Of a DNA stretch of 64,000 bases, positions 25,281 through 37,500 are shown one piece after another (positions within the stretch are counted from its first letter, which is position 1; every line of letters starts with the position of its first letter). The notes beneath the pieces are model-generated. The model was not told the DNA's origin. It did no database searches and saw only the letters and a program-made list of their open reading frames with translations. The stretch is from Lama guanicoe (lineage: Eukaryota), in assembly GCA_013239625.1 (NCBI GenBank), contig MU053934.1, positions 10,641,003-10,705,002 on the forward strand, written 5' to 3'. The position numbers were made by a program, and so were the translations under genes.

Positions 25281-27609
25281 TAATCATCGTCAGTCACGTT
25301 ACTATTATACATACCAGATTCACAGGTAACTGTGCATAGATCAAAGTGTCAGTGAATTAAATCACAATGAGAAATGCAATCACCCAGCAAGCTGGGAAAT
25401 CCGGTACCTGCCATCTACGTGCAGCTGTTACAACTGTGACGTGCGATTTGAAGTTTTGATTTTGAAGCACCATCGTTAAAAATGAACAGAAGTGATCATC
25501 ACGGTAATCACTTTTATTGTTTTAATCTGAGTTTAGTTATGGTATTGAACACCTTCTCTACAATGTTCTCTGAATCAAGTCATCTTCACATTTCTCATTT
25601 TAGTATCGCAGGAACCCTGGGAAGGGCAAGTCCCCTCCAGCTAGGACAGTAGCAGTAACAGATCATTCTTCCACTTAAAAACTTGAAGAGAAGGATACAA
25701 AGAAAGTTTGGGGGCATTAGAGAGACACAAAGATTTGAGGGCTAAGTTCCCAGAGGGAAGGAATGTGCAGAGAAGTGAAGCTAACAGGCTCCCCCATCCT
25801 CCCGAGGCACCGGCCAAATGTTAAGGAGCTGAGACTGAAAGCCGCGGAAGGACTGAGGCTCCGGGCGGAGGTCTCGGTGACCGCACAGTGCTGGCCACGG
25901 AAGGTGGGTGCAGAACGTGCCCAGAAGGACAGACCTGGCAGGACCCCCAGCATCAGCTGCAACTTGATGTTGCAACTAAGTCAGAGACACACCAGGGGCC
26001 ATCTGGGCCAGAAAACATTTGAACCCCAGCCTTGAAGCCGCTCATAGCCTGACTGAATTGAAGCCTTCTCCTCTTCCTAAATCGCTTGTGAGGGAACCAA
26101 GTGGAAATTTTCTGGGGGAAGATCACATTATAAAGAGATGCCAAAATTTCCACACAGGCGGCTGGGGCCAGTTTACAAACTAGCAGGTGTGTCAGCAAAC
26201 AGGGACAAGGGAAAAATAGGAACAGACCCCTAGATGACCCGTATGGAGGAGGTACCCGACATGGAATTAAGACAACAAAGAACAGAAGGAAATAGCAAAG
26301 AAAGCAGGTGACAGGGTGTCCTCGGAGCAGCCGGAACACCCAGGTTCTTGTGTTAACTTTGCTTTTCATTGGTCTCATGTATGTGAGCAAGCGAGTTGCA
26401 CTCTAGAGCTCCAGTCACTTGGCAGTTAGCTTGGATAATCACAGTGCACCTCGCAAAGGGTGTGGGCATGAAATGAGACCTTGGGACGTGCGCTCTGCAA
26501 ACACAAGACGATCCTTCCAGTGGTCCCTGGGGGTCTTTGGGCTTCTGGGGCTTTCGTGTGACTCGCTAGTGCCTGTTGGGGAGTATGAGCAGGTGTCCCC
26601 TTCGGGCCTCCGTGTCCTGACGGAGCAGCTAAGACGTTCTTGTCTAGTCCACACCGTGAGCACTTAATAAAGGCTTACACATGAACTGATTCTGACATGA
26701 GCACTTCTATTTTCTCACCACCAATGCAAGCTCTCCTTTTGGTCCTAGTATTTTATTTACCCACCTGTTTACACACTTACTTATTTACTTTGGTTGGACA
26801 TCTTGATCCAAAAGTACTTCGGTAATATATCAGAACCCTTTAAAGAGTCTAAAACCTTTTCTAAAAACTCCCTTTTTTGATAGATATTGCTTGTTCCGAA
26901 AAGGGTTATGAAATGAATGGATTTGGATCTCAGCATGTGTTAAAGGAAACACTTGAAAGCCTCAGGTATTGTCCCAGGTGGGCTGGACGTTCAGAATCTG
27001 ATTCTTGTCTCCGGTTGTTTTATATTCAACATAGATTCCCTTTTGAAATGTATTTTCCAAAGCTTCTGGAGTCATTCTTTCGATTCTGAAGAGTTGAGCA
27101 AAGACACGTACATTGATACAAGTTACGCCGACTCATTGGGGTCGAAGAGAGAGCAAAAGGGAGAGGCAAATTTTAGGGAATTCAGAGAAGCAGTTAAGCC
27201 CCAAAGCTCCTAATAATGTGTTCTCCTGTGGAACACCCACTAATTCTTTTCGTCACAGGAAGCCCGCCTGTTTCTGTTCTGTTCTGTGGAGCTTTTCTGC
27301 ATGTCACCACTGCTACTATTTTCCTTGTAGAAAGTTCTTGTTTTCTTTGTCTCACCCTCGTAGGATGCCCGAGTACGGTGAGTACAGAGGCCATCCTGTC
27401 CTTGGGCCACCATTATTTTGGGGGAGGCAGATAATTAAAGAACAATCCCCAGGTCTCTAAGTTAAGAAGAGTTACCTCCAAATCCGATGAAAAGGCAATG
27501 ATGATATCTGGGCTTCAAGCCCTGAGCCGTGATGGGACGAGCTTCTGGGGGCATCTCACTCGGGAGAAAGGAGATGCATGTGCAGGACTTAGAGGATGAC
27601 TTTGGAGGT

Positions 27610-28030
27610 TGTAGTATTGCTCAGAAAATATGCTCTCCTCTGAAATTCTGCCCCTCCTCCTGCCCAAGATGAGAACCCTTTCCTGCATCATTGGTCCTGG
27701 ACTTGGCCATCTGTCCCCCTTTGGCCACTGGAATATGGGTGGAGGTAACAGCATGCTAGTTCCAAACAAAGTATTACAAGACGAGTTTCTACTGTGGCTT
27801 TTATGCTCTGCCCTCCACCAGGAGAAACTGTAGCTCAGAGAGGACCTGATCCTTTGGTCCAGACCCTGGAAGTGGATAAATACGGAGAGTACCTGAACCT
27901 CACCCCTGCTGGAGCGGAGGTGTCAGTATCTGAGCTGCTAGTGTGAAATTGGTATGTGTGTTTCAAGCTGCTGAGATACCGAGGGGCTGTTTGTTAAGCA
28001 AAATCATTAGAACAAAAACTGGCTAATGCA
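27610..28030 (+). mobile_element. MaLR solo LTR (MLT1I/J-like)
   Basis: Starts tgtagt; ggacttggccatctgtccccctttggccactggaat; ends tttcaagctgctgagataccgaggggctgtttgttaagca...aactggctaatgca. Confidence 0.75.
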
Positions 28031-28204
28031 GACAGATTAAGCAGTAAATGACAATGAGGAGTTTGGGTGACTGGGAGAGATAATCCTCATTTAACACCTC
28101 GCATCAAAATGCACACGTGCACTAAAATGCAATATGCTTAAAGTAAACAAATCTATGAATACAATATGGGTGCAAATAAACGATATCAGAGCAGGTAAGG
28201 GCCT

Positions 28205-28459
28205 TGAATGGCAAGAAAGCAGAGAATGAACCCCTCCAATGACCCGAGGGGGCTTGGAAGGAGATCTTTCACTGTTTGATTCTCCAGGGAAGACCCCAGG
28301 GCTGGCCAATGCTTCAGAAGCATCTGGAGACCCCAAGCAGGGCACCCAGTTTAGTCATGCTGGACTCCCGACCCTTGGAAATGGCGAGATACCAAATGTC
28401 TGCTGTGTTAAGCCATTAAGCTCACGGTAGTTGATTACACAACAATGGATGACTCAACA
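28205..28459 (+). mobile_element. MaLR LTR 3' half (MLT1D/E-like)
   Basis: gcagggcacccagtttagtcatgctggactcccgaccc...aaatgtctgctgtgttaagccattaag...ttacacaacaatggatgactcaaca. Confidence 0.75.
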
Positions 28460-28574
28460 GAGGGTAACTGAAAGACGGACACAGGACACGCGGTGGGCGA
28501 GGCGGGGGTGGCAGGCAGAGCTGGGGGCTCCCTGGCTGTGCTCACCACTGCGGGTTCTGTTTCGGGTGCGATGG

Positions 28575-29079
28575 CGCAATGGTTAATTTTACGTGTCGAC
28601 TTGGCTGGACCTGGCATGCCCAGGTGTCTGGTCAGATGTTTGTTTTGAATGTATCTGGGAGGGAGCTTCTGGAAGAGATTGGCGTTTGAATCAGCGGACT
28701 GAGTAAATGGGATTCAGAATGTCCTCCCAGTTTTGGGTGGGGGGGGTCTTATCCAACCCACCAAGGGCCCGAACAGAACAGAAACAGTGAAAGAAGGGGG
28801 ATTTGCTCCTTTGCCTGACAGCTTGAGCTGAGCCCACGTCCTGGCCGTCAGACCCGGACTGGGATCCAGGCTTCAGCTCTCTGCTCTCGGGCCTCCCAGC
28901 CACACCGCCGGCCTCCCTGGGCCCCCCTACCCCCGCCTTGCCGACGGCAGACTGTGGGACTTCTCAGTCATAGTCTGTGTGAGCTGGTTTCTCATAACAA
29001 ATCTCCTTCTAGATTATCTGTCTATCTATCTGCCTATCTATCACTGGTTCTGCTCCCCTGGGGAACCCTGAGTAATGCA
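28575..29079 (+). mobile_element. MLT2 (ERVL) 5' LTR
   Basis: atggttaattttacgtgtcgacttggctgg...ctgtgggacttctcag...ctggttctgctcccctggggaaccctgagtaatgca. Confidence 0.9.
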
Positions 29080-29490
29080 GGGATTCTAGAGGAATTAAAT
29101 TTTAAGAATGACTTTTTAAAATTCATTCTGGAGCTTCTGGAACTTGCTCTCTGGTCTGGTTAGATCTGAAGCTGTCCCTCCAGTGACTCTGCCTCCGGCG
29201 GTAAAGAGCACGGTGGCCCACGCGCTGCGCACTGGCGGCAGGTGCACAGGACACCTGCACGGGAGGCTCTTAATCAGCTTTTGTAATAAGCGAGGAGCTG
29301 GGCGGTTCTGTAGGTGATACTTCTGAATATTTTTGGAAAACTAATGAATCTGACGATGTTGTCCCTGGACAAAGTTGGGAAAGAAAAGGATGAGCTCAGG
29401 GATTGGATTTCCCAGCTCAAGCTCAGAATAAACCACCTGGAAGCTTCTGTGTGTGTCCTGGAGAAATCGCTTAGCTCCTGCAAGAGCCAG
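29080..29490 (+). mobile_element. ERVL internal leader/gag N-terminal relic
   Basis: Directly follows the MLT2 LTR (ttctagaggaattaaattttaag); frame 29314+ gives SLDKVGKEKDELRDWISQLKLRINHLEAS..LEKSLSSC, resembling the ERV-L Gag N-terminus. Confidence 0.8.
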
Positions 29491-29699
29491 TGGAGGATTC
29501 TGTGCAGAGGAGTGGTTGGTTACAAAACACCCTGCTGCTCTGTCCAGAAAGGACCATAGGGAGCAGGTCAGAGCATCCAGCACGGTGCAGGGGCCCGGGG
29601 GAGAGCCGTGACGGCCTGGCCGAGCGGCAGAGGCTGCGTTACTGGTGGAGGAAATGCTGGGATTCTGGGTGTGTCACAGAGGGAGCGCTGGCAGCGTCT

Positions 29700-30060
29700 G
29701 CCCGTGGGTGAAAGAAAGGAAAGTTACGGATGAATCCGGGCAGGCTTCCAGCCCCTGGACGGGTGGGGTGGGCTTGCCTTTGCTGCTGTGGTGTGGCAGT
29801 TTAGGAGGACAGGCGTTGAGAGCCCTGTGCTGGTCGTAATGAGTCTGAGATGGTCACGGGTCATCCCAGCGGAGCTAACGGCCAGGCAGAGCCGCGGTCA
29901 TCCACGTCTGGGCAGGAGACATGCTTGCCGGTCGCAGGGTGGAGGTGACATTTAAAGGCAGGGTGAGGCCGAGGGAAGAGTGAGTCAGGTGTGAGCATGA
30001 ACGTCAGTTCCGCGCCACGTGGGGACCTGGGAGGAGGTGCAGTCGGCTTGACCTCCAGGC
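29700..30060 (-). mobile_element. L2 relic, antisense
   Basis: ggtcgtaatgagtctgagatggtcacgggtcatcccagcggag...gtggaggtgacatttaaaggc. Confidence 0.55.
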
Positions 30061-31454
30061 TGAGCTGGAGGATGAAAGTCTAACTGATTCCCGCCACCGG
30101 TCACACTCGACCTTCGTCTCGGGGGTGGGGTGGAAGTGAGGTTTTAAAACCCCTGGCCTCAGTTTTGCTCACCCGTTATCACCCCTCTCCCCCGTGACTT
30201 CCTTCCTGGGAGCAAGATTTCAGTGAGAAGCCAGGGGCTCACAGATGCTAATAAAGTGAGACAGACGAGGGGAGGAAACAGAAAAGGGCCTCTTCTCGCC
30301 AAGTGCTTTGCATACACTTAAATCTGAGGAGACGTGTGTCTTTAAATCCAGATCTTCAAATCAATCACCTGCTGCCAACATGCTCCTGTATCCAAAGTCA
30401 GTTACCGTCAGACGCTTCCGGAAATAGACCGCGCTGACCAGTCACGGCTCTTACATAAGACGCCGAGCCGTCCTCGGCCTGCGCCCGTGGGAATGTGATG
30501 TGACAGGCTGCGTGGGGGCGGCTCCCGGGGGATGGATTTCCAGCCAAATGAGGGCTGACTCTCTGGGGACATGGGGAGCCCACAGCGGGAGGGCAGGGCC
30601 CCCCTGCGGGGGCTTGGGGCGTGGATGTATGGCGCCTCGTGGGGCTCCCGCAGGCCCTCCTCGGCACTCACCATCAGTCTCTACGCTGCCTCTCAGCTTT
30701 CAGGTGGCTTTGGGACCAGCCGGCAGTGAGGACCACGTGGGGACAGCTCACCAACCTGAGTCTAGCTCGAGAGACTGGTTGACCACGACACAAGGCTCTC
30801 CCCAGCCACCCCCCGTCCAGGGCAGTGCCGAGCTCGTGGGAAGACTCACTCCTTCCAGGCGGCTGGCAGGGCCAGGGTGGCAGTGCCGATCACGCCCCTG
30901 CTGACCAGGAGAAGAGACCTAGGCTGTCCTCCAACCCAGATGCAGCAGGAATCCCGAGCAGGGCCCCCACAAAGCCTCTGCAGGGAGCCAGGCCCCCTCC
31001 CCCAGTCACCTCCCCGGCCCCCCTCTCCTACTGGGGTCCTCCCTGTCCTCGAGCCAGGCTGGGTACTGATGAAGGAGGTGGGAGAGAACCGCCTCCAGCC
31101 CACACTGCAGGATTCAGCACCAAATGACTCGGCCCCGCCCGCCCAGCGGCCCCCAGCCCTGGGCCCTGACTCCTGCGCGTCTACACCCGCACCTCTCCCA
31201 GTCTTCCTACAGCGGGCCACCAGACGGACCTGCCCAAGCGCAGTTCAGATCACATCTGTCCCCTGTTACTGGCCGCTCTTCCACGGTGCTGGGCTCCGAA
31301 TTCCTTGCCTTCTGCATGGACCGCCCACCAGCCATTCCTGCTTGCCTCTGAGTCCTCGGTGAGCCCTCTTCATTTTCCCAGCCCACATCCCAGCTGTCTG
31401 GTCTACCTGAGTTCCCGCAGTGAACCCGGCTCTCTCGTGCCTTCCTTCCTTACT

Positions 31455-31635
31455 GAGTGGCCCTGAGTGAGTCGGTTGACGTCTCTGAGCCTTAGTGCCC
31501 TCTCTTTACCTCTGGGGATGATGGTGAGTGCCTCCCAGGGTGGCTGATCGGTACAGATTAGAAATGGTGGCTGTAAACGCTGTGTAGCCCAGTGCTTGTG
31601 TACACTCGGTGCTCAGCGAAAGAGAGTCACTGTTT
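31455..31635 (+). mobile_element. MIR SINE
   Basis: gtggccctgagtgagtcggttgacgtctctgagccttagt...ctcccagggtggctg...gtaaacgctgtgtagcccagtgcttg...gtgctcagcgaa. Confidence 0.75.
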
Positions 31636-31763
31636 GGGCTGCCTAGCCCATCTCTCTGCTACATCTGCCTGCTGCGTCTCTCCTTTGGGACTCGGCTTAG
31701 AGAGCTCCTCCTGTAGGGAGTCTTCTTTGTTTTAATGAGGAAGAAGTAAGTCCCCCACAGCCC

Positions 31764-32594
31764 NNNNNNNNNNNNNNNNNNNNNNNNNNNNNNNNNNNNN
31801 NNNNNNNNNNNNNNNNNNNNNNNNNNNNNNNNNNNNNNNNNNNNNNNNNNNNNNNNNNNNNNNNNNNNNNNNNNNNNNNNNNNNNNNNNNNNNNNNNNNN
31901 NNNNNNNNNNNNNNNNNNNNNNNNNNNNNNNNNNNNNNNNNNNNNNNNNNNNNNNNNNNNNNNNNNNNNNNNNNNNNNNNNNNNNNNNNNNNNNNNNNNN
32001 NNNNNNNNNNNNNNNNNNNNNNNNNNNNNNNNNNNNNNNNNNNNNNNNNNNNNNNNNNNNNNNNNNNNNNNNNNNNNNNNNNNNNNNNNNNNNNNNNNNN
32101 NNNNNNNNNNNNNNNNNNNNNNNNNNNNNNNNNNNNNNNNNNNNNNNNNNNNNNNNNNNNNNNNNNNNNNNNNNNNNNNNNNNNNNNNNNNNNNNNNNNN
32201 NNNNNNNNNNNNNNNNNNNNNNNNNNNNNNNNNNNNNNNNNNNNNNNNNNNNNNNNNNNNNNNNNNNNNNNNNNNNNNNNNNNNNNNNNNNNNNNNNNNN
32301 NNNNNNNNNNNNNNNNNNNNNNNNNNNNNNNNNNNNNNNNNNNNNNNNNNNNNNNNNNNNNNNNNNNNNNNNNNNNNNNNNNNNNNNNNNNNNNNNNNNN
32401 NNNNNNNNNNNNNNNNNNNNNNNNNNNNNNNNNNNNNNNNNNNNNNNNNNNNNNNNNNNNNNNNNNNNNNNNNNNNNNNNNNNNNNNNNNNNNNNNNNNN
32501 NNNNNNNNNNNNNNNNNNNNNNNNNNNNNNNNNNNNNNNNNNNNNNNNNNNNNNNNNNNNNNNNNNNNNNNNNNNNNNNNNNNNNNNNNNNNNN
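31764..32594. other. Assembly gap (831 N)
   Basis: Run of n characters. Confidence 1.
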
Positions 32595-33136
32595 AGACCC
32601 CCAGTGCCCCCAGCCTCCGCGCTTCCTCTCACAGTTTTATTTAGTAACGTGTCTGTCTCCTCACGGGTGGGTTGAGAGCAGCAACCACAGCAGCACACAG
32701 GTGAGTCACAAACCTGATGCCTGTTAGATGATGAATAAAAGAAACAGAGCCTGTTCTCTCTGATGGGCTGCTCGCAGGCTGACCTCTGCCCTGCGACATG
32801 AGCTTTTGAGGGTTTATCCCCAACTCTGAGTCTAAAGTACAGCTCGCTGTCCCCAGGGATGCTTACTCCCACCGTGACACACCTGCTAGTGGCTGGTTGG
32901 TCCGTTAGGTGCTGGAGTGTGTTTACCGAAAGGCTTCCTTCCAGAGTGTGGTTATTTCAGCTGACAGAACTGAGTCCTTGAGCTTTGTTTGGGTGCTTTC
33001 CTCATTCATCCAGCAAACACCCATGGAATGTAAAATTTGAGTCTAACAGTACTGAGTGGATGTTCAGTGAATTTGACTCAGTCCTGCTTCTTCCTGCTCC
33101 TATAATTTCTCCTTTGTTCATTTCCTTTGCCAACAT

Positions 33137-33610
33137 TGTATCAGTCAGGTCTTGCCACGTAACAAACCAACTCAAAACTTAGTGGCTTAACACCACCACT
33201 CTTCATTATTTAAGTCTATGGGTCAACTGAGTGGTTCTTTGATGCACACCAGTCTTGGGTGACTTTGACCACTCAGGCACCTGTCTGTGGTCAGCCGGCA
33301 GGTGGCTGAAGGCTGCAGGTGTGGGGTGGACTTGGCTGGGATGACTCAGCTCTGCTCTGCACACTCTCGTCCTCCAGCAGGTGAGCTTAGACTTGTTCTG
33401 CTCCAGGTTCTAAGGGATGTGGCAGGTGCACATGACCTCCTGGGCCTTGGCTGAGAGCTGCACGTCATCACAGTCTGCTGGCCAGAATGAATCACTACAC
33501 CAGTCTAGACCCAAGCGGACTCCACTCCAATGAGAGGGTCTTCAAAGCCGTAAGGGGAATGGACAAAGAAGGGGTGGAGGATTGGGGTCGTTCCCCTCTC
33601 TGCCACCCCC
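33137..33610 (-). mobile_element. MaLR solo LTR (MLT1H-like), antisense
   Basis: tgtatcagtcagg...gtaacaaaccaactcaaaacttagtggcttaa...ggctgggatgactcagctctgctc...ctccagcagg. Confidence 0.85.
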
Positions 33611-34519
33611 ATCACCGTCATGATGACCTTCCTTTTACTGAGTCTGTATTCTGGGCAGACATGTGCTCAGCTTGCTTCGTTCCTCTCTGATCCTCGTGTA
33701 TTGTCTGCCAGGCTACAGTTTCTGCAAGGGGCCTCTGTCTTTCCTGACTGTAAATAGCGGCACGCTGCAGCTCACCCAGCTGCAGGGCACAGGAGAGCGG
33801 CGCGCCACGCCAGCTGGCAAACCCCTGAAAAAAGTGGGCACAAACATGTGGAAGGCTGCAGACGGTTGGGAGCTACTGGGGAGAAGGTGTCGCCTGATGG
33901 GAGGGCTCAGGACTTGAGCTGAGGTCTCAGCAAGAAGGCTGGAGGCCACGTGACATCAGTCTTCCGAAGCGTGCCTTCCGCGCTCGGGCGTCCCCCTCCC
34001 TGGGCCCCACGGGGATTGACTCACAGGTACCATTTCCTATTCCAACGTGAATGTTATAATAAGGCAGGAACTTTCATTTCTCTGGGTTTGTTGTTGTTAA
34101 ATTCATCTCTTGTGGGGTATTGATTTTCTTAAAAGAAAAGTAAATCCATTTTTTATTTTTCTCAGCTTATTACCAGACACTTGGGTCTGGGACACACGGA
34201 ACAAGAATTCTGTTAAAAGTGTTCAAAAATGTTTCCAAATCCAAATCAATAAAACTACACGGATTTATTTTTTTAATCTTACAAAGAACAAATGTAGAAA
34301 ATTTCATCCCAACACGCTACCCGACGCCACCAGGCAGAGCTTCACAGCTCTGGTTTGAGCAGACACAAGCCTCGAGGGCCGTACAGAGAAGCTGCAGAGG
34401 AAGACGTGTGCGCGCCTCTGAGGCCAAGCCCGGCAGACGCGGCTCTGGGTCTGGGTACGTCGGACTAAGCTCATCCCCCTTGACTCTCCCGCCGGTCATA
34501 CCTACGAAAGCTGGACGGA

Positions 34520-37500
34520 GGATGTGAGGCAACTATTTAAAGACTCCTGGGTAGCAGCAGGGGATTTGGGGAAGAACTCCAAAATTTGGTGTGCCACCCG
34601 ATGAAAGGAGAGTTTACTGTTTTTCCCTCCTCTGGTCTCCTCCAGCTTGAATTCAATGCACGGGGAACCCAGAAATGGCAGAGAGAGAGAGCTCCAGGAG
34701 ACCCTCCAGCCTCAACTCAAGGGGCAGGAAGGGGCTCCTAACCAGACAGCCCCGCAGCCCCAGCTTCTTCCCTGGTATTTTTAAATCCCCCGCCCTCTCC
34801 TGCCCAACGCCCCCGGCAAGTGCTGGGAGGCAACGGCAGAGCCAGAAGCGAGTCTGCAGGAGCTGCACATGGAGGCGGGGGTTCGTCTTCTCCACGCTCT
34901 GGACATGGAGGCCCAGGAGGGCAACGCCAGCACCGCCTGCCTCCTCCGCTTCTCCGTTCCGGGGCTGCTTGACCACACATGGGAGTGGCCGAAGGCACAC
35001 ACAGCAGAGCGGGTCCTCTGAGAGCAGAGTTCCAGCTGTCTGGCCAGAGGAGCGTGGGAAAGTGCCCTGGTAGGATGGTTTCTGAACACCCGGGCTCAGT
35101 CCCTCCCTCCACAAACACGCTGTGTGCACATGGATGGCACTCTACAGGGTGTTCCAAACATTTAGAGAATTGAATGAACAGAGAGACTACAGATCAGGTC
35201 CGAGACTGGCTGCTGAGTGACACGTGTGGAGAAGATGTGCTAGAACTTCAAAGGCTTGGAGGTCTGAACTGACCACGCCCCACAGTGGGTCCAGAAAAGG
35301 TAGGTTGGAAATTGTGGCCCAGGTGTGAACAGGCCAACTGCTGGCACAACAGAAACATGGCATCGTCCATCAGAACGTGAACAAGACCCAAGGGCTCCCT
35401 ACGTAACATTCAGGTGGCCAGGGTACAATCCAACGTCACTTGGCATGTGGAGAACCAGGAAAATCTCAGTTTTTGTGGGAAAAGACAGTTTCAGATACCA
35501 ACACTGAGATGACACAGACAATGGAATTATTACTAAAATATCCCCAGCGAGCAACCTCAGACACATTGGAAATCATTAAAAAAATTAGAAAATGAAAACT
35601 TAAGTCCTGAAGAAAAGTACATTAAAAATACCCCTCACAGATAGACTCAATAGTAGAATGAAGATGACTGAAAAAGGAGGCACCGGACTTGAAGACAGAT
35701 CAATAGAAATGATCCAGTCTGGGCAACAGAGATGAAGATGCGAAGGACGGCCTGAGCCTCAGGGAGCCGTGGGCAACAGGAAGGTCCAGAACCTGTGTTG
35801 TCAGAATCAAAGAGGAGAAAGAGCGGTGCTAGGAAAAGACAAGCTGGCTGGAAATGTCCTGAATTTGGAGAAACGCATAAACCAGCAGAATCCAGAAGCT
35901 CAGCAAACCCCAAGGAGAATGAACCCAGGGAAATTCACGTCCAGGCACATCGTAGTCCAGCTGCTGACAGCTAGACGCACACGGAGTTGGGAAAGCAGCC
36001 AGAAAAAAACGTGTGTTCCCTCCGGGGGAACGCAGTTCGCCCACCGCGGATTTCACATCCAAAACCGCAGGGCCGGGTGCGGCGGCGCAGGAGCTTTAAA
36101 GTGCTCAGAGAGGAGATCGTCAGCCCAGAAACGCACGTCCAGAGATAAATACCTTCAGGAGAGAAGATGAAAAGAAGACGTTCTCAGCTGAAGGAAAACA
36201 GCAACAACAGACTCACAGCCAGCGGAGCTGCTCTAAGAGGATCCCTGAAGGGAGCTGTCCGGACGGAAGGGAAAGGCTGGCGCAGAGCCGCCTGCAACGC
36301 CGGGGACGCAGGAGAACACAGGAGTGGGAAATACGCGGCCAAACAGAATAGGCTGTTTTGTGTTCTGAATTCTTCAAAATATCTTTGATAGTTGGAAGTA
36401 GAAAACTGTACCATTGTCCGACGATGTTTTAAATATACCTAATGTAATATATGGGAGGACTGCCACGTGAAGATGGGGGAACAGGACCCATATGGGGTAA
36501 GAGGTGTGTGCTCCACCTGCAGCGAGGACACATGGCTTCAGAGTTGACTGAAAAGCTAAGCAGGTACAATGCGCTCCTAGGACAACCAATTCGAACAATT
36601 AATCTACACAGAGGGAGGTAGTAAACAGCACGATGGATGATACTAAAAATGTTCAAATCATCCAAAAGAAGGCAGGAAAGTGAGAAACAGAAATGGAAGA
36701 TGGAGGAGACAGACAGAAAACAATGGTAAAGGAGTTAACTCCCCACGAAGACACAGCTACCCTAAACGTGTGTGCTTCTGACTGTAGAGTTTTAAAATAC
36801 ATGAGGCAAAAACTGAGGAAAGGAAAAGGAGAAATAGATAAATCCGTCATGGTGGTTGGAGACCCAACAGTCCCCTATTAGTGAGACGTAGAACTAGAGA
36901 GAGAAGCCCCGCAGGATGGGGGAGTGAGCAACGCTACAGGCCACCATCTGTAGTTGGTATTTACAGAACACTGAACTCAGTGAGAGAAGAACACACATAC
37001 TTTCAAATCCACGTGTGACATTCACTGAGAAAAAGTTTTGAAATTATACCAAGTATGTTTTGTGATCATAATGGAATTTAAACTAGAAATTAGTAACAGA
37101 AAGGTAACAGGAAAATCTCCAAGTACTTGGCAGTTAAACAGCACATTTTAAAATAATCATTGGGCCATAGAGGAAGTCTCCAGGGAAATCAAAAAATACT
37201 TTAAGCTGGACAATGGTGAAAATACAACACATCAATGCCATCCCCACTTCCAGGATGACGCTAAAACAGTGCTGGAAAGTAAGTGCAAAGCACTGAATGT
37301 TCACACTAGAAAAAAGAAAGGTTTTAATTGAATAATCTAAACTTTACCTTAAGAAACTGAAATATGAAAAGCCAAATGAACTGACAGCAGGCAGAAGACG
37401 GGGAATTATAAAGACAAGAGGAGAAGTCAGTCAAACTGAAAATAGAAAAAACAGGAGAGAAAATCAAAAGCTGGTCCTTCATATAGATCAATCAAATTGA

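Noticed and set aside
31697..32872. 391-aa ORF
   Set aside because: Spans the N gap.
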